Below are positions 28,101-39,809 of a stretch of DNA of 64,000 nt, piece after piece. Location: assembly GCA_030704615.1 (NCBI GenBank), contig CM060731.1, positions 91,884,001-91,948,000 of the forward strand. Reading direction: 5' to 3'. Within the stretch, counting starts at the first letter, position 1, and every line of letters begins with the position of its first letter. Origin of the DNA: Takakia lepidozioides. Lineage: Eukaryota; Plantae; Bryophyta. Under the pieces are notes generated by a model. The model was not told the DNA's origin. It saw nothing but the letters and a program-made list of their open reading frames with translations, and searched no databases. The translations under genes were made by a program, and so were the position numbers.

Positions 28101-28751
28101 CATTGGGTCTATTACCTTCAGTGCCACCTCATATGTACCTATATGAGCCAAAAGTTATGATGCAAAAACGATTCTCAAATTCGTTCATGGTTTCAGGCAG
28201 CCTGGAACAATTTGTCAACACAGAAATTCGGCATTGATGATATTTTCTCTAAGGGCACATGTGGCATGGAAATACTTGAACAAGCCACAAGTCATGGTAC
28301 CCCACTCACCTGGACAGACAGAAGCTCAGTGTCTTCACCAATTTTGCAGTTCAGCGTTTTTATACCAAGTTTTAAAGTTTTAAAATATAAACTTCCAGAC
28401 ATGGTAGGACAACATTGTATGCCCCAGGGATTCCACAAAAAGTTCGACAACCAAAAACACCTGAGAGGCGATGAGGATTCTGATACAACTGTTTCTTCAG
28501 GGATTCTTTTGACATGGGAGAAGACTATGCAATTCAGATGGCAGAAAAGAAGCGACGGGGGTCCCATGCCTGAAAGTTACCTCGATATCAGCCTCCAGAG
28601 GGCCTCACTTATCCAGGTAGTGTTCAATCATCTCCGTCAACCAGTGACAGACCTCGGGCTCGCACACAAAGTCCTTCACGAGACTCTCAACGTCAGAAGG
28701 GTGCTCACTCACAAAGGTTTGCTAATCCCAAACGTAATCAGTAAACCGTGA
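25160..28751 (+). pseudogene. Accessory sense ORFs between integrase and the 3' LTR, function unknown, partly coiled-coil
   Basis: Chain of overlapping frameshifted ORFs (25160-26392, 26349-27850, 28212-28751). The first resembles the extra 3' ORF of plant non-chromoviruses (QFLQNF...TVKGVELVITPLYLQQLFRLP). Confidence 0.55.
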
Positions 28752-28765
28752 GGACACGGCTTTTT

Positions 28766-28779
28766 GAGAGGGGAAGGGG
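28766..28779 (+). promoter_or_regulatory. Polypurine tract
   Basis: GAGAGGGGAAGGGG, 3 nt before the 3' LTR. Confidence 0.85.
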
Positions 28780-28782
28780 TAA

Positions 28783-29762
28783 TGTTAGAGGACTGTCTGG
28801 GACTTAGACACTTATACGGGATCTGTAGGGGGTACCCTTAATTTTTGCACAGACTGAGACCAACAGAGCCTTAGGGGTGACAGCAGCACACTTTAAAAGG
28901 GGGGTTACACAGTCCCGTCACAGCCAACACAGCCGTTCCACAGCCGACACAGCCATCACAGCCGTCACAGTCGTCACAGCCGACACAGCCATCACAGCCA
29001 ACACAGCCCATCACAGCCGACACAGCCACACAGCCAGTCACAGCCCGACACAGCCAAACACAGTTGCACAGCGAGTCACAGCCAGTCACAGCTTGACACA
29101 GCTGTCACGACCATAGCGAAAGGGAGAGCAGGACAGGGAACGACTGTGGGAACAACACCTGCAAATGGAACATGTTAGTTCACGGACGACGGTTAGTGAG
29201 GGAAACGGTTAGAGCCACGGGTAGGAAGATAAAGGGAGAAGCAAAGAGGAAGAAGGGGGGGGGATCAATCTTGGAAGCATTCACGAGGGGGGGAATTTGT
29301 GGTCATGGATGAGAGGGGAGGGGAACGGGCGAGAGAGCAGAACGAACGAGCAAGCATGGAGAGCACGGGAAGGAGGAGAGATGATTAGTAAATGCTTGTT
29401 ATATGCAAAGCTGTAGTGATATTGTAGAGGAGATTAGAGACACAATGGCTTCGGCCTGATACCTGATAAATCATAATCTGATACTTATACGATACATCAC
29501 ACTGTGTAGAGAGATCTGAGTGAAGCTGTGGAATGAATGGATGAGTTGATGAGCAAACTGATACTTCACTTATCAATATAAGGTAGCTAGCTAACATGAA
29601 TGCGGAAAGGAAAACAAATAGGAAACACCCCCATGATACACTAGCTGTAGGTCATGACTGATTGTTCTGAGCGGGCTGAGTACTTAGAGATTTCCAACTC
29701 TTCTATCTTGGAGTTTCCGCCTCGGATAGCGAAAGGGATGGGTGAGTAAAAGCCCCGCGACA
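28783..29762 (+). repeat. 3' LTR
   Basis: Direct repeat of 16585-17581. Confidence 0.96.
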
Positions 29763-31139
29763 ACACCACTAAATGTGCTTTCCCATTTATACCGTCGTGA
29801 CACATAAAAAAAAACTTGTGTACACCAAGTCTATATCCATGCAACAAAATCACTCTCCAATTGTTGGGGCTTATGTCATGGGAAGAAGGAAAGAGGGGAC
29901 GCACAAACAGGCATTTGAATATCATCCGGCACAGAGGTTATGGCCAGACGCCCTCCAGATACGAGCATGTCCCCTTATAAACCTCCTGAGAGTTAGCCTT
30001 CTGGAATTGACATGAGTCTTCACCTTGTAAGTTAGTGCACTTCAGATTCATCTGCTTCATCTGTATTCTCTAAGGCTTTTTGCGGACTGGTCCCAACTCC
30101 AGACATTTCCCCTCGGATCCTGGTAGGCTTCGACCCACACGTTTTTCTGCACGATGCCATTCAGTTCTGACTGAGTGATTTTTGCAAATAGTGAATGGAC
30201 GGTAACGACATCCAACCTTGTCTTTCAAAGAAACTCACCATGAAATGATGTGAAAGAATTCAGGCACAATCTACACAAGCCAAAGCTGATTGCCGTATTC
30301 AAAACAAAAGCGAGAGCGATAGCGAACGGCGTTAACGACAATCACAAAGATAACGACCTGCCGGATCGGTGTTGTGTAATGACATATATGTGTAACTGAT
30401 TGGCGGCAACGACATTCAGTATTTTAGGGCGGACAATAAGTGCAGATTATTCAATTGTGTGGCCAGCATGGCAAGGCAATCAGACAGACTGTATGGTCTG
30501 AACTGATTGACAAAATGCCAACCCTCACTCTCTCTTCAAACACATAGGTACATAAATCTCATGAGGAGAATCGAATGGCGTTAACGACGCTCGCAATTCA
30601 GTAGTTCCTGCTAAAGAATGGAAGAGGAAGGACTCCTTGAAAGGCAATCAGACAGACTGTATGATCTGAACACAGTGAATGACTGTACCAATAGTCACCA
30701 ACTCATTGTGCGTAAACCCTTCGCAGAGGAGTAGAAAGCAAATCACCTTTGTGATGGTCGGTAGCGACAATCCCTGTCTGGGACATTCCACTCAATCTCT
30801 ACGCATATCTTCAACAATGAAATGTAAGTTAGATAAAACTTACTGGCACCTTCTTAGGTTTTGAAATTTGATCCCCTTCTGCAGCTTTCCTCTTCCCTCT
30901 CACATCTGCTGGAATTTCTGTCTGCGCTAGGGTTTCTGGACCTTCTCCGGTTCGGCGTTCCGCGTGCTTCCACCTCCTTCAGTGTCCCTGCGAATCATCT
31001 CTGCCTCCACAGGCTGGCGCACTCTTATCGCCGACTGTGTCACAGCCGCTGCCTCAGTCTCCGTCTGCTCTTGTGAATCAGTCTCCGCGTTCACCTGCTG
31101 CCTTGGCCCTGTGTTCTCCAACAAACGACGCCTCGTCAT
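29763..31139 (-). pseudogene. 5' exons of the MULE cargo gene: low-complexity N-terminus and the N-terminal half of the ParB/Srx-like domain
   Basis: ATG at 31139 (MTRRRLLENTG...), donor about 30843, acceptor about 30147. Then, across frameshifts, PLCRMI...VRPL...QQLESDF..HGYRLGVHKFF...GINGKAHLVV, which continues into SPEISD at 16583. Confidence 0.6.
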
Positions 31140-31987
31140 TTGCTCTCTTGCTCTGCGTCTCTCTCTAAGGGAAGTAAAATAAAGAGACTTTCTTCTCTTT
31201 CGTATTCTAGAAGGAACCCTCTCCAGCTTGACTACCACTCTCCCTCTAAGCGCGAAAAGTAGAAAAACGCAGTGACTCCCGATTTCTTGCGGGATTGCCT
31301 GCGTTCTTGCGTGTCTCTAGAAGCATCGGATTCCCTCTCGCGTGACCGTTACACATAGTCGTTCCCTTTAGTGCACATGCCAGCAATTGGTGTACAGCTG
31401 TTCGTATTCAGTTATGGATGTCTGACGTGTGTCGCCCAAAAAAAACGGCGTGTTCTTTATTAGAACGGTTTCAATATTTAAAAATAACAGCGAATCCCAG
31501 AAATTTTGGCGCAGTCTTACACAAATAAATGTAAATGAACGAGAGTTTGATGACAAATCTTGGAATATCATACACGGTCATCCTTGTTAGCCAAACCCCA
31601 CGTTCGTTTCACATTTGGAACTTTCCAGGTGCGCATGATCATTGGTAGTAGTATAAGATACATTTACTTAATCTGCAATCCCATTCTCAGATCCTGTGGC
31701 ATGCTTCCAGGAAGTCGGTTTTGTTTTTGGGTTTATTGATGAGGTTCTGGTTAACGGTTTACAGCTGCCGACACTGCCCTAGGGATACTCTGACCACTGG
31801 GCCCACAAGAAAAGTAATTAAAATGGACGGCTGCATATCTGGAAAGAATAACATAATATGCACAGTCGTTATCTGAGCTTCCTCCGCCATATTCTCTGCT
31901 CATTCTTCTTCAACTGTGTTCTGGAGACATCAGTAAACCGATTTACACTAGATCTGCGATAGCAAGGTACAAACGTACGCGAGGAAG

Positions 31988-34900
31988 ATGGCTTCCTCTG
32001 AAGCGGAGTTCTTCTCTGACGACAAACCAGTGCCGTTCTCCCAGGAAGTCCTTGACAATGGATTTGCAATTGTTCTGGAACATGTCTTGGCTACCCGTTT
32101 TCAGCTGCAGAATGGCTCCATCTTTTTGGAGAAAGAGGTGTACGATCTTAAAGGGAAGTTGTTGAAATATTCTTTCCAAAACCGTGATGAGACGGCTCAT
32201 ATCAGCCAGTGGAGAGTGCGTCCTGGTCGATACAGAGTACTTGGAGAGCCTCGGCGAAAGTCCCTTGGGTCATATGTGACGCCCGGGACTGCTGCTTCGG
32301 TCGTTGAAGACAAGAGGGAGGTGGTGGTGAAAAAGAACAGACGTCCTCCACTCCAATCGTTGAGCTTTTGGATTCTTCCGATGATGACATAAGTGAAATT
32401 CCAAATCCAGTCCTTCCTACTGTGGTTGGAGAAGCTGATGAAGAAGAGATTTGTAGTGTCATTCCAAAATTGCGGGCGATGGAGGAATGGCTGGATTCAA
32501 AAGTGAGTTGCGGGGAATTGATTGGGAATCTTTGAAGCAGGTGCCTGTGAAGTTCTTGCCGGAGACTTTTGATGGCGATATCCTATTCGAGCTGCCTCCT
32601 CCTCCGCGAGTTGGAGGTGTAACAAATCATGATGCATGGAATGGACAAGAAACACGACGGGCACCCGTGGTGCAGAACAAAAACATCCAATATTCAGAAT
32701 GATGACAAGCTTGTTTTCAGGAGGACAGTTTGCAATGGACACCTTAGGTGTGATAATTTGAATTGCAGACACTTTCTTCAGTCTGGGGTTCATAATCAAA
32801 GCGAATGGGAGGGTCTGGCGGAAAATCCATTTCAGCCTGGGACTGCCCCCCTCCACCGGCAAACACTTTCGTCTGCAAATTCTGCAAACTTGTGCCATCC
32901 TGTTTGGCGCTCTGCGGAGCGAATGTACTATGTTGTCCACCGTTTGAATACAATGACGAGAGCTTGTGTGCATTTTGGATTCCATAACCATCCTGTCTCG
33001 AAGGGGGATTACAGGGAGAGTGTTGAGACAGTATCGAGGTTGATCAAACAGGAGTTCGGGAGAAACCCATCCGCAACAACATCTGCAATTGCTCTTGGCG
33101 CAAGCAAGTCCTTCTTGGAAAGCCATATTTTGAGTGAAGGGATTCTGTGGGGACTAAACTTGACGGTGCAGCATTGGACCTGGTCATGGATCATTTCTCC
33201 ACTTTAAGTTCACCTAACATTCGGCATCAGATCAATGCATTGAGAATGGGCTCTGGGATCAGAGGCTACATAGACAATATTTTGGAATTGAAACGAGTGA
33301 GCAAGTACGATTACATCCAGGACAATGTATCCCAGGTCAAGGTGCCATCAAAGTTTTTCTTTTCAAAATGTCGACTGTTGGGGAGGGCAGTGGGGTTAGC
33401 CTCGTGAAGCGGATGCAGAAGACTGGGGACTTGCAGAACTGTTTTCTTATGTTTGATCATGTGAAACGAGTGAAGGATTGGACGACAATGGCTTGTCATG
33501 TCTACGATCCAGTGTACCAACGAGTTATGACAATTGCAGTTTGTGACATGCAATCCGAGGATATGGAATCCCAGAAGCTCATGTGGAATTCCCTGATACG
33601 TGTCATGGGCTGCCATGGGCTGCCATCTCCAAATTTCGCAGGTTTCATGGCGGATAGTGCTCAAGCAAATTTCAATGCTGTTCGTATTGTCTTCGGATCG
33701 GGCGACCCAAAAGTGCCTATGCCAGGAAGAGAGCGTACATGTCTATTCCATTGGACACAATCTCTGGAAAAACATACAAAGTCGGACATCAAACCAGAGA
33801 TGCAGACTCAGCACCGTAAATTGTGCAAAGAGTACAAGATGCTAGAACAATGAAGGAGGCGGACACTTTGTTCCAGACAATTCGTGCCTGGTGGTTCTCT
33901 TCTGAGCTGCATCACTTGAGAGTATGAGAGCATTGGAAGATTGGCTGGCGTTTTGGCACTTCCGGTATAGACAGTGGGAAGCAGCCATGACAATGGTACG
34001 AGGCTTCTATTTCATGCTTTATTCATACATTTGCTTTCCATATTTTTGACTCATTGCTTTCTTTATGTTGTTTTCCTGTGCACTATTCTGAAGTGTGGTT
34101 ATCCTCTTGCAGAACATGTCCATTGAGGAAATGGCGGACATGCCATCTTGCAATTTGGCAGAAACTGTGCACAACGCATGGTTGCAGCAGTCTGGGAAAC
34201 GAGGTCGGGATTTGTATGTGGCAACAACAGATGATTTGATACGTGCCTTGCAACAACAACCCGATACCGTGATTTCTTACGAGGTGGGGTTGGTGGCAAG
34301 GGTCCGGACAAATGGGAGTTGATGTTGCGTGCTGCAAACAGATCTGGGGATCCAATCAAGATAGCACGGGCGGTGAGCATGTATGCCCAGGGAACGCCAC
34401 TTGTTTCTAGAGTTCCACATCTTGAAGGGGAGGAGAGATTCGGCTCCTGTAAGAGGAAATTGAACACTCCACCTGGTTCGGATTCAGATTCCCACAGGGC
34501 AGACCGTGATAACTTCTCGAAGCCTCATGTTCCCCTGCATGACAGCTCCATGTCCGGAACCTCCATTGTGGAGGAACCTCCAACACGACGGCAAGCTCCA
34601 GCATCAAACAGTGCCACTGAAATGGTGCAGGAGAGAAACAACCCCCTTGATGTGCTTGAGTCCGCATGCCCCGACCACGTTTGGCACATAGAACGCACAA
34701 GTGTAGGGTCTCGTGTGAAATGTACAGCGATCAGGGCAACTAATTTCGAGAAGTGCACTTCATCTATATCCAGAGGTGGTGCCCGAACTCCTGCTCCGAC
34801 TTTCACGGGCTTGATGCGTCCATACGGTCAACCAGAAGCCAAGAACCACAAGTTCTGGTTCTGCGCAGATGATTGTGCCAGATGTGTACATGGAACTGTG

Positions 34901-35569
34901 CGTCCTTCCGTAGTGATGAAGCCAACTCCTCCAACCGTTTGGCCCGTGAAGGTGGGAACACATCTCAGCTTTCAGGAGATTGAAATGCTGGAGGAGGCAG
35001 GTTTTTCCCTTGCGAGACAACCCCAACTCCATGCATGTGCTACTACTTCTGCGTCCTCCCGGTCCCCCGGCAAATCCTGACTTGTGGCCAACCAAACGAG
35101 ATGGAAAGCTCGTTCGGCGTTTCCCTCCAACGCTGAACACTTTGGCAAAGTGGAGTCCGCAAGAATGCTCCAAGCTCGTGTTGGAAGCACCACGGAAGTA
35201 CCCGATCCAGGATATGGTCGGGTATTCACAATCATCACTTCCACATCTGCTGTTCATGACAGGACCTACGACATCACGGTTTCCAATTTCCCTTGCACAT
35301 GTCCTGATTTTGTGAATATGCTATCAACCAGTTTGGGCAAGAGAGGTAAATTCATACCCTGCAAACATTTGTATTTCATATTTTTGAGGAGGATGGTTTG
35401 CGATCCCAAACGTGACAACTTCATTCACCAGGCCACTATGAGTTTCAACGAGGTCGATACTCTTTGCAGCGGGATACAACACATGGGTAGCATGAACTAT
35501 GTAATGTGGTATGTGGATGACCATGATTTGAAATGTGTAATTCACATCAATTCGTCGGCTGTGCAATGA
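31988..35569 (+). pseudogene. MULE transposase: GCM/WRKY-like Zn domain, DDE core and C-terminal SWIM finger; frameshifted, intron about 33996-34112
   Basis: CNGHLRCDNLNC...CKFC...HNHP; FLMFDH (D1), FMADSA (D2), CLFHW (CxxH), CNLAETVH (E); SWIM CTCPDF...PCKHLYFI. Confidence 0.88.
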
Positions 35570-36254
35570 TATGGCCTCCAACTATACGGAGTGAGCTCTG
35601 AGTGACAACTTTTAGGTAGTGCACATTTGTCATTGCACCGTTCGAAGTCTACATGTCTTGCTGTCGCTATGCACTACAATCATCTTTTGAAGATGATCCT
35701 AACTCTCATTGTTATTTGAGGAGGGAGGAAGGTCTTCCCGTGGCAGCCTTTATGGCGCACACTTTGTGAGGATATTTTGTCGTCCTCGTAATTGTAAAAG
35801 TGAAACAAGCATTTGTAATTGCACAATGTTGGATGCTGCAATTGTAGGCCTCAATGCTCGTCTTGATTCTATTTAGGCAAGATTCCCTGCATTAATTCCA
35901 CGGTCATCCATGGTTATAGGCGGCGCATGTTAATGCTGACGTGGCAGATGACGGACAGTGCCATGTCATCATTTACCGCCACATCAGCATGCTGACATGA
36001 CGCTCACGCCACGTCAGCGTGTGTGCAGGCTCACGCCACGTCACTGGCGTGAGCGTACGCTCACGCCACGTCACTCCTGCGTGAGCGTACACTCGCGCGC
36101 TCACGCGCAACGCTCACGCCATTGCGTCGTTGGATATTGTCAACCATTAATGCACCCCATTAACAATTGCATACTGAATTTAAAGTTCGTGTTAGACAGA
36201 GTCATGTTAGGTCCCGAAGGCGCCGCCTAGCTCCAAGGGTGCTGCTAGTGGGAA

Positions 36255-37595
36255 TGATGACCAGCAAGACCACCAGTGTTTCTTCTATGGTGAGGCTGGG
36301 TTGATGACCAGCAGACCATAGGAGTGTTTGCGGTGGATGCAGGTATAGGTGCAGGTTTATGTTACGAACCTAGCAGTCTAAGCCATAAGCCGCAACAGGT
36401 TCTCTACCCGGTTACCGTGTTGATAGGGGGATTAGAGACAGGTTGACAGCCGGTTGGGTTGTGAGTTTTCATCACGGAGGTGTCACCAGTTGCTGAGGGG
36501 AGTGCCGGTACAAGCACCAGCAATACTAGTGGGTATACAAGACGAGGTGTGCGGTTTAGGCCACGTTCACCTTCAGTGTCTTCTGAGGAAGATTCAGACT
36601 CGGAATCACGAGGATTCTCGCCAAGTGTGCAAGCCATTTCCGTGCCATTGTTGTGGGACACGATGGAGGAGATGTATAGAGCTACCAAGGGGCCACGTAG
36701 GTACTCTAGAGCTGTGGGCACCATCGAGCTTGATGACTTCATACATGAGTTTGATAATTGGTGTGCTTTGCAGCAGATGCGCAATCCACAACTGTTTACG
36801 CCCTTTATGGCGTAGAAGGGGCTATTCCAGCACCTTGAGGGCTCGCCCATAGATGATTACCATGAGTTTAGGCGGGGACATGAGGTACAAATTGAGGAGT
36901 GGCGACAATATTGGTCACCTAATTATGTCTCTATCACTAGAGGCACAGTGACAAGATCCACGATAACCACACCAGCAGCTACACCAGCAGCTTCTGCAAG
37001 TAGCAGTGGAACAAGTGGATCAGGAGCTGGGACATCCACTCCAGCTCCTGCCGCAGCATCAACACCTATACTGCTTGCCTTCAACCTGGTTGTGGAGTTC
37101 TTCCAAGAGTTGAGAAGGAACAACCAGGGGGTGAGGACAGAGAAGTTGCGGAGCTTGCAAGAGTTCCAGCGCAAGCCTACTGAGAGTTTGCGGGAGGCTT
37201 ACACTCGCATGAGGCATTTGATAAGTATAACCCAAGGGGTTACAGAAGCTCAGGCAGTCCAAATTTGGTATGGGATTTTGGACAAGGAGCTTAGGGTACA
37301 AGTGGCCCAAACCCACCTTAGCAAATGTGTTTTTGCTGGCAGAGTAGATAGAGCTCAATATGGTGGAGGAGCGTGTGGTTATGGTGGGACTTGGCAAGGA
37401 GACACAACGAAGTGGTGCTCTTAGCCAACAACAACCACTACCCCAACGCGGCAACAAGGGGGCTCAGACGAAGCCCATGGAAGGTCAGAGAGGATCTCAG
37501 ATGCAGAGGTCTCTTCCTTCATTCTCAGGCCAGCAACAGCCGAGTGTGTCATGTTGGGATTGTAGAGGACCATATGTGAAGGATTGCCCAGAGAG
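36255..37595 (+). mobile_element. Decayed leader and gag fragment of the methyltransferase-bearing Gypsy family
   Basis: Homologous to about 42410-43790 (ATKGPRRYS..VGTIELDDFI.EFD.WC.LQQMRNPQLFTPFMA), with in-frame stops. Confidence 0.88.
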
Positions 37596-37692
37596 AGGCA
37601 AAGGGTCGGCAAATGCTACCCCACTATACCTACTCCCCGCCAACTCTACCCACATTCTTACCGTCGTCTCTCATCACATCACTCCACAGTGC

Positions 37693-38475
37693 TGTCGTGC
37701 GCATACATATCGCTACACAACTACATCGCTGTCCAAAACCACACAACACATGTGCACACCAAACACTAGTCTATCACTAGTCCACCACTAGTGCAGCCAC
37801 TAGTCCATCACTAGGCCGCCACTAGTCCATCACAATGATAAGGAAAAGAATGATACAAGCACACAAGCTTTCTCAAACTCACACACTTGCACATGAAAAC
37901 ATCACTCAAATATTAAGTCGAGCCAAGTGCACCCCACGCCATGGGGAATCCACACTACGGCGCCATAGCTAGACGCGGTGAGGCTCAACTCGAGAAAGAT
38001 GAGCCCACCATGATCTGCCGTGAAGATAACAATGCCAAGTGCCCAAACATATATTGGCCCCTGGATTGACACTTGGGTCAATCTCAAATGTCAATATATA
38101 AAAGCTAGCTATTTCCTAGCTAACTTCACACTAGTGGTAAAATAACTTGACAGCTATTGTGCGCATACATATCGCTACACAACTACATCGCTGTCCAAAA
38201 CCACACAACACATGTGCACACCAAACACTAGTCTATCACTAGTCCACCACTAGGCTGCCACTCCACCACTAGCTAGCACTAGGCTGCCACTAGCCACCAC
38301 TAGTGCAGCCACTAGTCCAACCACTAGGCTACCACTAGCCACCACTAGTGCAACCACTAGTCCATCACAATCGCCCCCCTAGCTGGCGTTAGGTCCCTCT
38401 AAGTCCAGGTAGCCACAAGATGTGATAGTGGCCATAGCCTCACTAAGTCCTCCACCACTGTCCCTACTACAATCA
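37693..38475 (-). mobile_element. 3' end (3'UTR-PPT-B-A-B) of a second subfamily of the permuted-LTR Gypsy
   Basis: Read on the minus strand: PPT at 38383-38371, B1 38370-38155, GC spacer, A 38152-37836 (TGTCAAGTTA...TTATCA), B2 37835-37693 ending GCGCACGACA. Confidence 0.88.
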
Positions 38476-38563
38476 ATACCCGAGATCTCAGGCTCAAGTT
38501 CACAAGTTGCAAGATGGCGACTAACGATGGGGCAACTCTTGTACCCGGCCTCTTGATCTATCG

Positions 38564-38920
38564 TGTCAAGTTAAATAAGCACAGTGTGAAAACAGCTAGA
38601 ATAAAACTAGTTATTTGTATTTAACACTTGGATTTAGGTCAAGTGTTAAATCAGGTGTCAAGTTTAGTTTGACACCTGGTCTGTCTTATCTTCACGAGAG
38701 CGGCAGTCGCGCGGCTCATCTCTCTCGAGTTGAGCCTGCGCGACCGAGCTCCTGCATTCTTCAGATCTGAGTGTGCTTATGATGGGAGTGTAGGTTGTTG
38801 TGGGGTGGAGTCTCCATAGCTTGGGGTGCCCCTGGCTCGACTATTATCTTAAAGAGTGATGTTGAGGGATTGCATATTTCTTGTGTTGAGAGTGTGTGTC
38901 CTTATCTAGTTTGGTTATCA
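38564..38920 (+). repeat. Terminal repeat A1 (357 bp)
   Basis: Direct repeat of 50231-50580. Confidence 0.93.
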
Positions 38921-38934
38921 CTCGAGAGAGATGA
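38920..38934 (+). promoter_or_regulatory. Putative self-priming primer-binding site ACTCGAGAGAGATGA
   Basis: Perfect 15-nt reverse complement of 38716-38730 inside repeat A. No TGG-initiated tRNA PBS follows the repeat. Confidence 0.72.
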
Positions 38935-39809
38935 CTCTATCTAGTTTTCCAGTGCTAAGCTAGATATGATGTTTTTGTTTTTGTTAAGCACTATTGTAAT
39001 ATAGCTTGGCCACAGGGATCAGAACAGGAGGCTTGAGATGCTGCTGCGGTTTTTGTCAACCTGTGGTTATATCTAAGAGTGGGGTGTGTAGGCTGCGCTG
39101 CTGACTGCTTGGCTGGATGAGAGCCGTGCACCGCCGTAGGCAGGGAAGGCGTCAGCTGATCTGAAGAATCGAGTTGATTCTGCTGCCCGCACCAGCAAGA
39201 GGAATCTGGAGGATGGTACCGACCAGGCAGAGAATCTTGGCTCGACTATCCGACAGCAGGCTGAGAATCTGAAAGAAGTTGTCCTTGGCTCCACACCAAG
39301 GAGCGATGGCGAGGGAGCGAGGGAGCGATGGCGGTCTCGCTGCTGAGGCTGTGACGCTGCGCGCCCCCTTCCCACGCTGACAACGCCTATGGCCCCTTCT
39401 TGCAGCCCGCGCTCTTCTCGAGGAGTACTGACGCAGTCGGTGATCGAGCATTCCATCAGCTTGACCAGGGCGCATCTTATGGGGCTGTGTATGCGGTCTC
39501 AGACACTATCAGAAAGGGAAGACAAAGAAGAGGACCTGGAATTGGAGCCAACAGAAGTTTAGGAACTATCCGTGGTAAATATGATGACATGGGAATGCAA
39601 GAGAACTGGAAGAAACGACGGGTGAGTAAGCTGGGTGCACGACTGAAAGTGGGAGTTACCTGCTGGAGATGAGAGAAGCTTAATCTGTTTTAGAAGTCCA
39701 TGGACGCCAGCTTGAAGGTCTAACACTGGTATTACAATACTGGTGTTGAACGGGCTGTGCAACTTGTGGCAGCCTCCTCTTTAGAAACACCAAAGCATAC
39801 CAATATTTT

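Larger units (their letters stand above)
16585..29762 (+). mobile_element. Full-length Ty3/Gypsy LTR retrotransposon (non-chromovirus, Phygy/Athila-like), 13.2 kb
   Basis: LTRs TGTTAG...GCGACA at 16585-17581 and 28783-29762. TSD ACACT/ACACC (4 of 5 match). PBS, PPT and PR-RT-RH-IN order are present. Removing the element restores the host frame GINGKAHLVV|SPEISDNW. Confidence 0.96.
11359..36132 (+). mobile_element. Mutator-like DNA transposon (MULE) with degenerate TIRs, about 11.6 kb once the nested Gypsy is removed
   Basis: 9-bp direct repeat GATATTGTC at 11350-11358 and 36133-36141. Ends CAGGGATGCCTCGGCGTGAGC and (reverse complement) CAACGACGCAATGGCGTGAGC match at 15/21. GCTCACGCCACGTCA-type subterminal repeats occur at both ends, and there is an internal MULE transposase. 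Confidence 0.88.

Noticed and set aside
38912-38925. TGGTTATCA as a tRNA-Met PBS
   Set aside because: It lies within repeat A (TTATCA also ends A2) and lacks the GAGC continuation.
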